Source: Octopus sinensis
Lineage: Eukaryota
Direction of reading: 5' to 3'
Assembly: GCF_006345805.1 (NCBI RefSeq)
Contig: NW_021832339.1
Coordinates: forward strand, 1 to 31,049
Length of the DNA stretch: 31,049 bases
Below are positions 10,654-21,764 of this stretch, piece after piece (position 1 is the stretch's first letter; every line of letters starts with the position of its first letter). Below the pieces are notes generated by a model. The model had not been told where the DNA came from. It was given only the letters and a program-made list of their open reading frames with translations, and did not search any database. The position numbers were made by a program, and so were the translations under genes.

Positions 10654-11288
10654 GCATGTATTCTGCAGTACTATCACTAGTGTAACCCATAATTTCTTTG
10701 TAAATGTGTGTATATAACTGTTTGAATGTATACATATGTTCTTGTCTGTGTGTGTGTGTGTGTGTGTGTGTATACATGCATTCACAATAATAAGTGGATA
10801 GTTGGTTAAACACACATAATGGTCTACTTTGGTAACCAAGTGAATACCTTCTGTTCCCATTGACCATACAAAGTGCAGACAATATGTGTATTTGTCTGTC
10901 TGTTTATGCATGCGCATGCGAGTGTATGCGTGCATATGAGTTTGTGTACACATTTCCAAAAACCATGTTGTGGTTTATTGTAAGAATTAGTTATGGGTAG
11001 ATTGCTACAAGGTTTGCCTGCCTTGGCAAGGAGTGGGCAGTTGTTACAGGTGTGGGTGGTGGAGTGGAACAGGTGTGTGTGTGTGGGTGGGTGGGTAGTG
11101 TTAACCTGGCCAGTTGGTTTAATTGGATTGGCGCCTTGCCACCAAAGGTCAACATGGCACCGTGCCAGACAGGGTAGTTTGGAAACCTTCAAGGAGTTGG
11201 TTCTTAATAAAAATGTTGATTCCATTTTATTACTTTCTTTTGTGTGTGTGTGTGTGCGTTTGTTTATGTATGTATGTATGTTATGCAT

Positions 11289-11500
11289 GTGTAGGCATAC
11301 ATGCATATGTTGTTTGTGTGTGTATGTCTGTAGGCATACATGCATGTTTGTGTATGTGCATGCGTGTGTGTAGGCATACATGCATATGTGTTCATGTATG
11401 TGTGTGTAGGCATACATGCATATGTGTTCGTGTGTGCGTGTAGGCATACATGCATATGTTCGTTTGTGTATGTGTGTGTAGGCATACATGCATGTGTATG
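11289..11500. repeat. ~30-36-bp minisatellite with core gtaggcatacatgcat (6 copies) inside a GT-rich tract
   Basis: Six copies of the core are directly visible. Confidence 0.8.
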
Positions 11501-12130
11501 TATGTGTGTGTGCATACATGCATGTATGTGGTATATGTACGTGTGGGTGTATATGTATGCATGCATGTGTAGGTATGTGTGTTTGTGTATGTTTAAAAAT
11601 GTATGTGTATGCATGTGGGTGTAGGTTTGAATGCATGTGTGGATAGGCGTACCTGCATGTATGTTTGTGCATATATGTATGCATTGGTATAAGTGTATGT
11701 GGTTGTATGTATGCATGTGCTGGTATGTGTGTATGCATGTATGTGTGTGTGTATCATTACATATATAGTTGTACATATGTCAGTGTATCTAGGCACTTGA
11801 ATATAGATGTCGGCGCCATTTAACCCTAGGTCACTCCTGATCCAGCAGAAATATAAGCTAACATATTCCAACCACATTCATCATCATTTAACATCTGCTT
11901 TCTATGCTGGCATGGGTTGGATAGTTTGACATGGCGCAGTTCCATATTACAATACATTATTCTATCTTATGACTGTTGAGTGTAGGTTATGAGAGATTTA
12001 GTTGCTGTTTCTACCAAACAGAATGACCACACACAAGGTCCCTTGCAGACTCTTATCATTAAATGTATAGTTGCATGTGTGTGTGTATATGTATTACAAA
12101 GGTTTATGTATGTGTATTTGCATATGATTA

Positions 12131-12480
12131 CTCTTTTACTTGTTTCAGTCATTTGACTGCGGCCATGCTGGAGCACCGCCTTTAATCGAGCAACTCGACC
12201 CCGGGACTTATTCTTTTTGTAAGCCCAGTACTTATTCTATCGGTCTCTTTTGCCGAACCGCTAAGTTACGGATAGATGAACACACCAGCATCGGTTGTCA
12301 ACCAATGCTAGGGGGACAAACACACACACACACATATATATATATATACGACGGGCTTCTTTTCAGTTTCCGTCTACCAAATCCACTCACATGGCTTTGG
12401 TCGGCCCGAGGCTATAGTAGAAGACTGAACCCGGAACCATGTGGTTGGTAAGCAGGCTACTTACCACACAGCCACTCCTG
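12131..12480 (-). mobile_element. SINE family B, near full length, with a deletion in the head region
   Basis: Aligns to 15011-15402 in reverse. The cccactgcgtggcaccttgggcaag segment is missing near 12423. Confidence 0.9.
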
Positions 12481-12687
12481 TGCCTTTATTGATTGTATAT
12501 AAGTTAGATATATATATATATATAATATGCATGCATTTCTTATATATTTCTCTGTGTGTGTATTCACCATTGAATATATGGACAAATACAAGTGTGTGTG
12601 TGTGTGTGTTTCCAACAATTTCCTGCAAGTTTGTATTTCGCTACATCAGGTGAGTGCCTGTGTTTCCAAAAACATATTGGTGCAGAC

Positions 12688-12785
12688 GTGGCTTTGTGGT
12701 AAGAAGCTTCCTTCCCAACCACATGGTTCGGGGTTCAGTCCCACTGCGTAGCACCTTGGGTAAGTGTCTTCTATAGCCTTGGTCT
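12688..12785 (+). mobile_element. SINE family B head fragment
   Basis: gtggctttgtggtaagaagc...ggttcagtcccactgcgtagcaccttgggg. Confidence 0.8.
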
Positions 12786-12931
12786 AAATATATCTGTGGG
12801 GACAGTGTGACAGCCACTTTTCCATTCTTGTATGAATAAGGAGTTTATGAGCCAGATTTTCTACAGCTGGATGCCATTTCTTTTGCGATAAACTCCACCT
12901 GTTTCCCAAAAAGGTAATATTTCTCCATTGT

Positions 12932-13270
12932 GAAGGTGTATGGCTCAGTGGTTAGAGCATCAGGCTCACAATCAAAAAGTAGTGAGTTCTATTCCCGGAC
13001 CAGTCAGTATGTTGCGTTCTTGAGCAAATCACTTTTTCACATTACTCCAGTCCACTCAGCCGTAGAAATTGTGATGTCACTGGTGCCAAGCTATATCAGT
13101 CTTTGCTTTTCACTTGGATAACATCAGTGGCATGGAGAGTGGAGGCTGGTATGCACAGGTGACCATTGGTCTTCTGTAAAACTTACTTTGCCTGGACTTG
13201 TGACTCGAAGGGTAAATTTCTGGGGGTACTCCCCTTGTCATTCATGACTGAAGGGAGTCTTACCATTTAC
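12932..13270 (+). mobile_element. SINE family E, full length
   Basis: Collinear with 8126-8471. Confidence 0.85.
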
Positions 13271-13409
13271 GATTTACCCTTTAATATTTTTCTATAGTTA
13301 AACAAAATATCAGAGATGAATGACACTGCTTATATGACAGTGACAATCATTTACAACTATCATGTGATAAGTCAATGATACACAAGCACACACACACACA
13401 CATATATAC

Positions 13410-13545
13410 ATGATGGGATTCTTTCAATTTCTATCTACCAAATTTAACAAAACTTTGATTTGGTGCTATAGAAGACATTTGTCCAAGGTGCTCTGCAACA
13501 GGACTGAACCTGAAACAATGTGGCTGGGAACAAACTTACCACACA
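13410..13545 (-). mobile_element. SINE family B 5' portion, decayed
   Basis: ctttcaatttctatctaccaaattt...gactgaacctgaaacaatgtgg...cttaccacac. Confidence 0.7.
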
Positions 13546-13551
13546 TCTACG

Positions 13552-13598
<47 letters not shown>

Positions 13599-13602
<4 letters not shown>

Positions 13603-14035
13603 CAGAACGCCCCCCCCCCTCCATCCAATGGACGGTGCTGAGTTTTCAAACATTTAGACCAAATTTTCTCAAAACAACTTGTCCGGCCGTCCCATAGGCC
13701 TCCCCTTTTAGAAACACTGATTTAACCTAAATTTGAGACACCAGCAAAAGAAGAAATAAAGATAGACTTTTTTTCTATTCCAAAGAAAAACGATTTTATT
13801 CACACAACGCGTAGTATCAATTACAACAGCTGGTGTACTTGTGCGTACAAGTGCACGTCCCCACGGCTTTACCAATCACATTCTCACCTGAAATCGATTT
13901 TTGTAATTTTTTGAAGACTTATACACATCCTGATACCGTCGGTATCTATATATCAAATTTGAGCGCAATCGGATGGAAGATGCCAGAGATCCTAAGAAGA
14001 CAACACACAGACAGAACAGATTTTATATAATATAT
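13599..14035 (+). mobile_element. Probable non-autonomous Helitron-type element
   Basis: 3' end atcaaatttgagcgcaatcggatgg...acacacagacagaacagattttatata resembles Lep1/DINE-like termini. Internal hairpins at 13833-13856 (gtgtacttgt-gcgt-acaagtgcac) and 13932-13946 (gatacc-gtc-ggtatc). Embedded in (TA)n. Confidence 0.5.
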
Positions 14036-14401
14036 ACATATATATATATATACACCACACACACACACACACACACAGATCAGACAGATAATGTGAATAG
14101 GAATGAGGTGAAGAGAAGACAAACAGATAAGTCATGGAGTCAGACAAGTGAATGTATGTGACTGAAAAAGCATAGAAATACAAAGTGAAAAAAACAACAA
14201 TCAAACAAGTGTAGAATGAAGATAAATACACCAAAGAAAGAAACAGAAAAGACTCTAATGTTATGTGTGGTGTGTGTCTGTGTATGTGTAGTATTTTTGT
14301 GTAGTATTTTTGTGCAGTATTTGTGTTTCTGTGAGAAAATGAGGTGTGTTTAAAATTTGTGTGGAGTCTGCTATAATTATCTGTATGTATGTGTGCTCAT
14401 G

Positions 14402-14429
14402 CACACACACACACACACACACACACAGA

Positions 14430-14474
<45 letters not shown>

Positions 14475-14501
14475 CCCTATCTCTCTCTCTCTCTCTCTCT
14501 C
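14402..14501. repeat. Compound (CA)n-(CT)n microsatellite
   Basis: Directly visible. Confidence 0.95.
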
Positions 14502-15010
14502 TGCTGCTTTCCGCCGTCCAGATCTGTTATATAAAGGGTTAATGCTCTACAAATTACTGATGATGATCTAGCTAAAATAAATAAAGTTAATTAGCTAATG
14601 TTGACTAACGAGCTACAACTTTTTGTTTTTGTTGTTGTTGTTATTGTTGATGTTTTGGCATTGATATAGTGTTATGTTGATTGTTATTGCCTGAAGCTGC
14701 AGAATTAATTGTAATTAAGACATAAAGTCGTTAGAGCAAGTGTCTTGAAGGTAGTCTGGCTTTTAGTCTGCTCATAAACAATCTTATCACAACATGAAAT
14801 TCAGTCAGTTGAATGACCACAAGCATATTACTGGTACTTGACTGCCTCATGCAGAAGGTTAAGTTGTTCTTACTACAATTGAAACTCAGAACAATTTGGT
14901 TAATATTTTAGATGACATGAATCATAAAGCATAAGTCAAATTGTGAGTCATAAATCATAAGTCATAAATCAATAGAAGGGCAACTTTTCTACTTTTCTTG
15001 GCCAATAGTG

Positions 15011-15402
15011 GCGCAGGAGTGGCTGTGTGGTAAGTAGCTTGCTTACCAACCACATGGTTCTGGGTTCAGTCCCACTGCGTGGCACCTTGGGCCAAGTGTC
15101 TTCTACTATAGCCTCGGGCCGACCAAAGCCTTGTGAGTGGATTTGGTAGACGCAAACTGAAAGAAGCCGTCATATATATGTATATATATGTGTTTGTGTT
15201 TGTCCCCACCCTCCCAACATCGCTTGACAACCGATGGTGGTGTGTTTACATCCCCGTAACTTAGCGGTTCAGCAAAAGAGGCCAATAGAATAAGTACTAG
15301 GCTTACAAAAAATAAGTCCTGGGATCGATTTGCTCAACTAAAGGTAGTGCTCCAGCATGGCCACAGTCAAATGACCGAAACAAGTAAAATAGTAAAAGAA
15401 TA
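15011..15402 (+). mobile_element. SINE family B, full length
   Basis: gcgcaggagtggctgtgtggtaagtagc...ggttcagtcc (B-box-like)...ctccagcatggccacagtcaaatgaccgaaacaagtaaaa. Confidence 0.9.
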
Positions 15403-15421
15403 TTTTTTTTCATATATTGTA

Positions 15422-15630
15422 GCAGGTGTGCCTGAGTGGTTAAAAAGCCTGGGTCCAGTCTCACTGCACAGTACCTTGGCCAAGTGTTTTCTGATATGGC
15501 TCTGGGCCAACCAAAGCCTTGTGTGTGAACTTGTTCAAGAGAAACTGAAAGAAGCCATTGTGTATACATGTGTGTATCTGCCTCAACAAATCCTATGTGA
15601 CCCATGCAAGCATGAAAATGTGAACATTAA
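15422..15630 (+). mobile_element. Older B-headed SINE with a tail C variant
   Basis: Decayed B head and core, then ctgcctcaacaaatcc...gacccatgcaagcatgaaaatgtgaacattaaa followed by (att)n. Confidence 0.65.
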
Positions 15631-15639
15631 ATAATAATG

Positions 15640-15675
<36 letters not shown>

Positions 15676-15679
<4 letters not shown>

Positions 15680-15837
15680 AGTGGCTGTGTGGTAAGTAGC
15701 TTGCTAACCAACCACATGGTTCTGGGTTCAGTCCCACTGCGTGGCATCTTGGGCAAGTGTCTTCTACTATAGCCTCGGGCCAACCAAAGTGGATTTGGTA
15801 GATGGAAACTGAAAGAAGCCTGTCGTATATATGTGTG

Positions 15838-15879
<42 letters not shown>

Positions 15880-16042
15880 ATATACACATGTAGTGTTTGT
15901 GCGTTTGTCCCCCTAGCATTGCTTGACAACCGATGCTGGTGTGTTTACGTACCCCGTCACTTAGCGGTTCGGCAAAAGAGGCCGATAGAATAAGTACTGG
16001 GCTTACAAAGAATAAGTCCCGGGGTCGATTTGGTCGACTAAA
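15676..16042 (+). mobile_element. SINE family B, 3'-truncated at an inversion junction
   Basis: Collinear with 15011-15340, then switches abruptly to an inverted tail C segment at about 16043. Confidence 0.85.
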
Positions 16043-16364
16043 GACTGCACCAGGCTTCACTGTATGTTTTGGCATGTTTTTTTTACAGCTGGATGCCCTT
16101 CCTATAAGACCAACAGTTGTCCCCTCTCCACACCACCAATGTTATTCAAGGAAAAGGCAGGGAAAATTTCTAGGTGCAATCTCATGGTCATCCATGACTG
16201 CAGGGGATCTTTACCCGTTTTACCCTTTACATGTCTGGAATTTCCAATCACTTACTTGATAATCCAGGAGCAGGTAATTCAGTTAATCGATTAACTCAAT
16301 TGTCATCATTGAAATCAATGAGAATTATACATATGTATATATGTGTGTTTATGTATATAAATAT

Positions 16365-16556
16365 ATGTGCGCTGGTGCCACGTAAATATTACTCAGTTCC
16401 CCTCTGTGAGGTTGTTGGTGTTAGGAAGGGCATTTAGCTGTAAAAAAAACATGCCAAAACATACAGTGAAGCCTGGTGCAGTCTTCTGCCTAGCCAGCCC
16501 CCGTGAAACCGTCCAACCCATGCTAGCATGGAAAGCAGACATTAGATGATGATGAA
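16365..16556 (+). mobile_element. Retroposon tail C module with (gat)n end
   Basis: gctggtgccacgtaaa...ggtgttaggaagggcat..agctgtaaaa...ccaacccatgctagcatggaaagcagacattagatgatgatg. Confidence 0.7.
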
Positions 16557-18179
16557 GATGTGTTTTGTGTGTAGCTTCTCTATGGGAAGAAACCTGTTCC
16601 AACCTCTTCTTTCTTGCTTTATCACCTCATCACTTTGAATAAAGTTGCCATGCTCTCCACTGTAGCCCTGCTCAGTCAAAGGGGCTCCTAGTCTTGCTAG
16701 CTATATAGTGACCCCTCTTAGTGCTGGTGCCACAAAACGACAGTCCATTCTGTTAAGTGTTGACATTAGGAAGGGCATCCAGTCATAGAAACCATGTGAA
16801 TGCAGGTATTGGAGTGCGATGCAGTCCTCAGACTCATCGGATCCTGTGAAACTGTTCCACCCATAGCAGCAGGGAAGGCAACAATGATAATGCTACATAG
16901 ACTCACACACACACATCTGTGTGATGGTAGTTTATGCTTGATGTTCTTGTAGTCCCTGAATCTTTCATATCTTGTGTTTTTGCTGTTCTAAGTGGTCCTT
17001 CATTCTCATAGGGCTGAGCTTGTAAAAGGAGCCTTAGTTTATGGTGGTTTTGTTGTATATATTATACCATACATTGATATTGTGTAAGTGTCCTTATCAT
17101 GGATTTTATTTCTGGTTAGGGTAATACATATTTAAGGGTTTCTCATTTATGGGGTTTTTGTTATATATATATATATATATTAAATATACACACTCGTGTG
17201 TGTGTGTGTGTCTCATGATGATGATACATAAACCTATACACAAGTAAACACACATGTGTGAAAGAATTGTTACGAGCTAACTATTTAATTGTAATTCTTT
17301 CGCTTTTTGCTATTTATGAAACCCGAAGAGAGATATTTAAGGAACCAAATCTTGTCTATTCTGTCTTGAACAAACAGTATTCCGTTAAGGTGTGAACTGC
17401 TTCTTTTTCTTCTTCTCCTTCTTAGCATTAACTTCCATCACCAAACCTCTCTCTTTCATGTGCACACATACACATAGACAAACGCTATGAAGAATTTCTG
17501 TTTCAACACTATTGGATATCTCGTGAAAAAAAAACAACAAAAAAATCAGCGAAACAAAATAAGTACAAATAATTTCAAGAAAGAAGGAAGGAAGGAGGGA
17601 AATGTGAGGTAGGGGTATGTTTGGTGCCAGGCTGGGTGGATGTTCTGTAAAAAGAATCAAAACTGTTTTCTAGATTGAATTTTTACCCTGTTAGATTGTA
17701 GTTGATCAAATATCTATTCCGACTGCAGAACAAATATTAAATACTGCTAAAGCAGGAAGCTAGATTTCTCAACACCTTAAACATTAACCGTTCTCAAATA
17801 CAAACACGATACGATAAGGATAGGGGATAGAGGATAATCTATACAGACGTTCCGTCGGTCGTTACAAGTGAGGCATGATGCCAGCACATCACTGCACACT
17901 CAGCCGACCGACCGACCAACCGACCGACCAGCCAGCTAACCAGGCAGGCAGGCCGACAGCTAGCTTAGCTTGGCTTCATCATTTGAAAATGAGAACCCAG
18001 TTCAAACTATTTTTAATGGTTCTTTTGAAGCTCCAAGATTAATAATAATAAAAAAAGAAAAAAATCTGTAATGTAGGTTTAAATTATTGTTTAATCAAGT
18101 GAATGCGGTTTCAATTACAGTAGCTGCTTCGGGCCACTCAAAACACACAGAGTGGCAGCTAAATTTAGACCTCAAATTA

Positions 18180-18800
18180 TTTCACTCTCTCTCACTCTCA
18201 TGTTCCCCCCTCTCTCCCTGTCTCTCTTTCTCTCTCTTTTTCTTCTTCTCTCTCTCTCATTTTCTTTATCTCCCTTTCTATATCTCTCTCACTCATGTTC
18301 CCCCCTCTCTCTCTCTCATTCTTGTTCTTCCTCTGTCCCCTTGTCTCTCTCTCCTCCTTTCACTTTCCCTTTCTCTCTGTCTCTCTTATTCCTTCTCTCT
18401 CCCTTTGTTTTATTTCTTCTCTTTCACTCTTGTGTTTCCCCCTCTCTTTCTCTTCCCTTTTCTCTCTTTCTCCCTCACCCTTTCAGTCTGTCTCTCTTCT
18501 TCCCTCTCCCTCTCCCCCCCTCTGGGTCTATCTCTCTTTACCTGTCTGCCTGTCATTTTCCCTATTTCTCTCCTATTCTTTCTCATTCTTTCTCTCTCTC
18601 TTCTTCTTTTGTCTCTTGTTCTCCTCTCTCTCCCTTTCTGTCACTTTCTCCCAGTGTGCCTGTCTGTCTAGGTCTTCTCTCTCTCTCTCTCCCTATTTCT
18701 GTAAAAGAGAGACGGGGAGAGTCTCTCTCACTCTCCCTTTAACCTCTCCTCTCCCTACTCTCGTTCCCCTGTTTTTACTCTTTTATCTCCCCCCCCATTT
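18180..18800. repeat. ~620-bp degenerate (CT)-rich polypyrimidine tract
   Basis: Directly visible. It explains the S/L/F-rich ORFs 18087-18825. Confidence 0.9.
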
Positions 18801-18919
18801 TTTTTTTATTTTTATATTCTTCTGATATTTAATTCTAATAATGTATTAGTCTGTCTGTGTGTCTGTATCACTTTTGTTGTTATCATTGTTGTTATTATTG
18901 TTGTCGTCGATGTTGCAAA

Positions 18920-18968
18920 ATGGCTTTGTCGAGCGGAGGTGAAATATTGAGGTATGACAGCCTTGAGG
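18920..18968 (+). other. Candidate short start-codon exon (MALSSGGEIL|R or MALSSGGEILRYDSLE), unverified
   Basis: gcaaaATGG start context, locally CpG-rich, with donor-like AG|GTATGA at 18951/2 and GAG|GTATTT a few codons later. No downstream exon identified and no homology recognised. Confidence 0.2.
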
Positions 18969-18999
18969 TATTTTCTTAGCATCAAGCATTATCTCTTGT

Positions 19000-19325
19000 G
19001 TGATGCTATGTTATATTGTGTGATATTGGTGTAATACTGTTTTATGTAGTGTTTGTAGTGTTGTGATATAGCTGTGATGTGCTGCAGTGTAGCAATAGTG
19101 TAATCTTGTATAATTGTTGTATTGTATAGAAGTGGTGTTTTATAGTGTTACATAGGTGTAGTGTAAGTCTGTCTGATCTAGTGTTGTATAGTTGTAATGG
19201 TAATTTACTGCAGTGGTGTATTGGTGTATTCTATGTTGTAGTGCTGTATAGCTGTGGTGTACTGCATTGTAGATTTTAGTGTCACCCTGTCTGTTCTAAT
19301 GTTATATAGTTGCAGTGTACTGCAG
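19000..19325. repeat. Degenerate gtgtagtgtaat-type low-complexity repeat (continues at 20140-20570)
   Basis: Recurrent gtgta/gtgttg motifs, interrupted by two SINEs. Confidence 0.6.
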
Positions 19326-19327
19326 TG

Positions 19328-19647
19328 GGTGCATGGCTCAGTGGTTAAAGCATTGAGCTCACAATCATGAGGTAGTGAGTTCAGTTCCCGGACCAGGACA
19401 TGTGCTGTGTTGTGTTCTTGAGCAAGACGCTTTATTTCACGTTGCTCATGTTTACTCAGCTGTAGAAATGAGTTGTGACGTCAATGGTGCCTTTCCCTGG
19501 GGTAGCATCAGTGGCGTGGAGATGAGAGGCTGGTATGCATGGCCAGCTGCTGGTCTTCCACAAGTAACCTTGTCCAGACTTGTTCCTCAGAGGGGAACTT
19601 TCTAGGTGCAGTCCCTTGATCATTCATGACCTTACTCTTTACCCTTT
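19328..19647 (+). mobile_element. SINE family E, full length
   Basis: Collinear with 8126-8471. Confidence 0.85.
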
Positions 19648-19740
19648 ATATAGCTCTGGTGTACTGCAGTTTTGCTTTTGGTGTTATCCCCTATATTGTA
19701 GTGTTATATGGGTGTAATGTAAAGCAGTGTAATACTGACC

Positions 19741-20125
19741 AGATGTGGTTGTGTGGTAAGAAATTAGCTTCCCAACCACATGGTTCTGGGTTCAGTCCCA
19801 CTGTGTGGTACTTTGAGCAAGTGTTTTCTACTATAGTTTCAGGCTGACCAAAGCCTTGTGAGTGGATTTGGTAGGCAAACAGAAATTGAAAGCAGCTTGT
19901 CAAGTATGTGTGTGTGCGTGCGCGCGCATGGCTTTGTGTCCACTTGACAACCTGTGTTGGTGTGTTTACATCCCCATAACTTAGCAGTTCAGCAATAGAA
20001 ACCGATAGAATAAGTAGCACATTTTAAAAAAGAATAAGTACTGGCAGTGGTGGGGTTTGATTCAGTTGACTAAAAGTTTTTTTAAGGGTGTGCCCCAGCA
20101 TGGGCTGCAGCTTAATCACAAACAG
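19741..20125 (+). mobile_element. SINE family B, diverged, near full length
   Basis: Collinear with 15011-15402. Confidence 0.8.
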
Positions 20126-20591
20126 AAAGATAAAAGATGCATATTGCAGTGCTGTACTGCTGTGGTGCATTGCAGTGTTATGCTGGTGTGATATAAAGCA
20201 GTGTAGCAGTAATGGAATCTTCTATGGTGTTGTATAAATATCGTGTAATAAGAACAGTTTCAGGGCGATCATGTGTCCTGCAGTGTAAGTGTGTTTTGTA
20301 ATACAGTGTAAAGTTGGTGTAGAGCAGTGTAATGTTTCTATGGTTCAGTTTGATGTAGTGTGTGTTGTAACACAGTGTAGTTTTAGTGTAATGTAGTGTA
20401 GAACAGTGTAGTGATTCTATAATCCTCTTTGATATAAGTTAGTATTAGTGTGATCTTGTATAAAGCAACAGAAGCGTTGTGTAGTGCAATGGAAGTGTAG
20501 GGCAGTGTAATCTTAGCATAATCCTGTGTTGCACAGTGTAACATTTAGAAAATAATCCTGTTTGATACAGGGTTCATGGCTATGGTATTCT

Positions 20592-21191
20592 TATTTCTTT
20601 ACTGCCCACAGGGGACTACACACAGAGGAGACAAACAAGGACAGACAAGCAGATTAAGTCGATTATATTGACCCCAGTGCATAACTGGTACTTAATTTAT
20701 CGACCACGAAAGGATGAAAGGAAAAGTCGACCTCAGCGGAATTTGAACTCAGAACATAGCGACAGGCGAAATGCCTATTTCTTTACTACCCACAAGGGGC
20801 TAAACACAGAGAGGACAAACAAGGACAGACAAACGGATTAAGTTGAGTATATCAACTCCAGTGCGTAGCTGGTACTTAATTTATCGACCCCGAAAGGATG
20901 AAAGGCAAAGTTGACCTCGGCAGAATTTGAACTCAGAACGTAGCAGCAGATGGAATACCTATTTCTTTACTACCCACAAGGGGCTAAACACAGAGAAGAC
21001 AAATAAGGACAGACAAATGGATTAAGTCAAGTATATCAACCCCAGTGAGTAACTGGTACTTATTTAATCGACCCTGAAAGGATGAAAGGCAAAGTCGACC
21101 TCGGCAGAATTTGAACTCAGAACGTAACGGCAGACAAAATACGGGTACGCATTTCACCCGGCGTGCTAACGTTTCTGCCAGCTTGCAGCCT
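20592..21191 (-). mobile_element. Tandem trimer of SINE family A (184-bp period, one head)
   Basis: Units start at 20592, 20776 and 20960 (tatttctttact). Only the third unit continues into the A-box head. Confidence 0.9.
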
Positions 21192-21194
21192 CGG

Positions 21195-21465
21195 TTATGG
21201 TATTCCAGGGGTTTGATTCTTGGTGGTGCATTGTGTCTTTCAGCAAAATACTTTATTTCATGTTCCTTCTGTCCATGCAACTGGCAAAAATGAGTTGTAA
21301 TTCAAAGGGGCCAGCCTTGTCACATTCTCTGTCATGCTGAATCTCCCTGAAAACTACATTATGGGTATGTTTGTCTGTGAAGTGCTCAGCCACTTGCATG
21401 TTAATTTCACAAGCAGGCTGTTCGGTTGATTGGATCAACTGGAACCCTCACTGTCACAACCAGTG
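21195..21465 (+). mobile_element. SINE family G (E-related core, different tail)
   Basis: cattgtgtctttcagcaaaatactttatttc...gtccatgcaactggcaaaaatgag...ggatcaactggaaccctc. Confidence 0.6.
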
Positions 21466-21764
21466 AAATATTCTACTCACCTGAGTTAAATGTTGTTCAG
21501 GTCTCACCTGTACTTGGTCATGTTGACCTATTGTCAAAAGTTTTATCCATCCTGTTATTTAATATATCTAAGACTACATTAGTCAATTAGTCTTTCATTT
21601 TTCAAGGTAGTCTGATTTGATCTGAGCAAAATTTGGCTGCTATTTCTTGCAAATCAAATCACTACATAGAGGTCTCCCATGGTAGTGCACCATGCCATGG
21701 ATTCCTGTCCAGTGGAGATATTGTAGAATGGAGGCCTTAAAATTATTCTGATATTATCACAGAT

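Noticed and set aside
11050-11100. Possible G-quadruplex
   Set aside because: Only three closely spaced GGG runs; the fourth is distant and the context is GT microsatellite.
10824-11877. Long H/T/Y/M/C-rich ORFs
   Set aside because: Products of (GT/CA)-rich low-complexity DNA. The same applies to 1232-1873, 22807-23426, 27532-28104 and 30163-30652.
17385-17660. 91-aa minus-strand ORF ending KKEKKKKKQFTP
   Set aside because: The composition comes from purine/pyrimidine runs; no recognisable homology.
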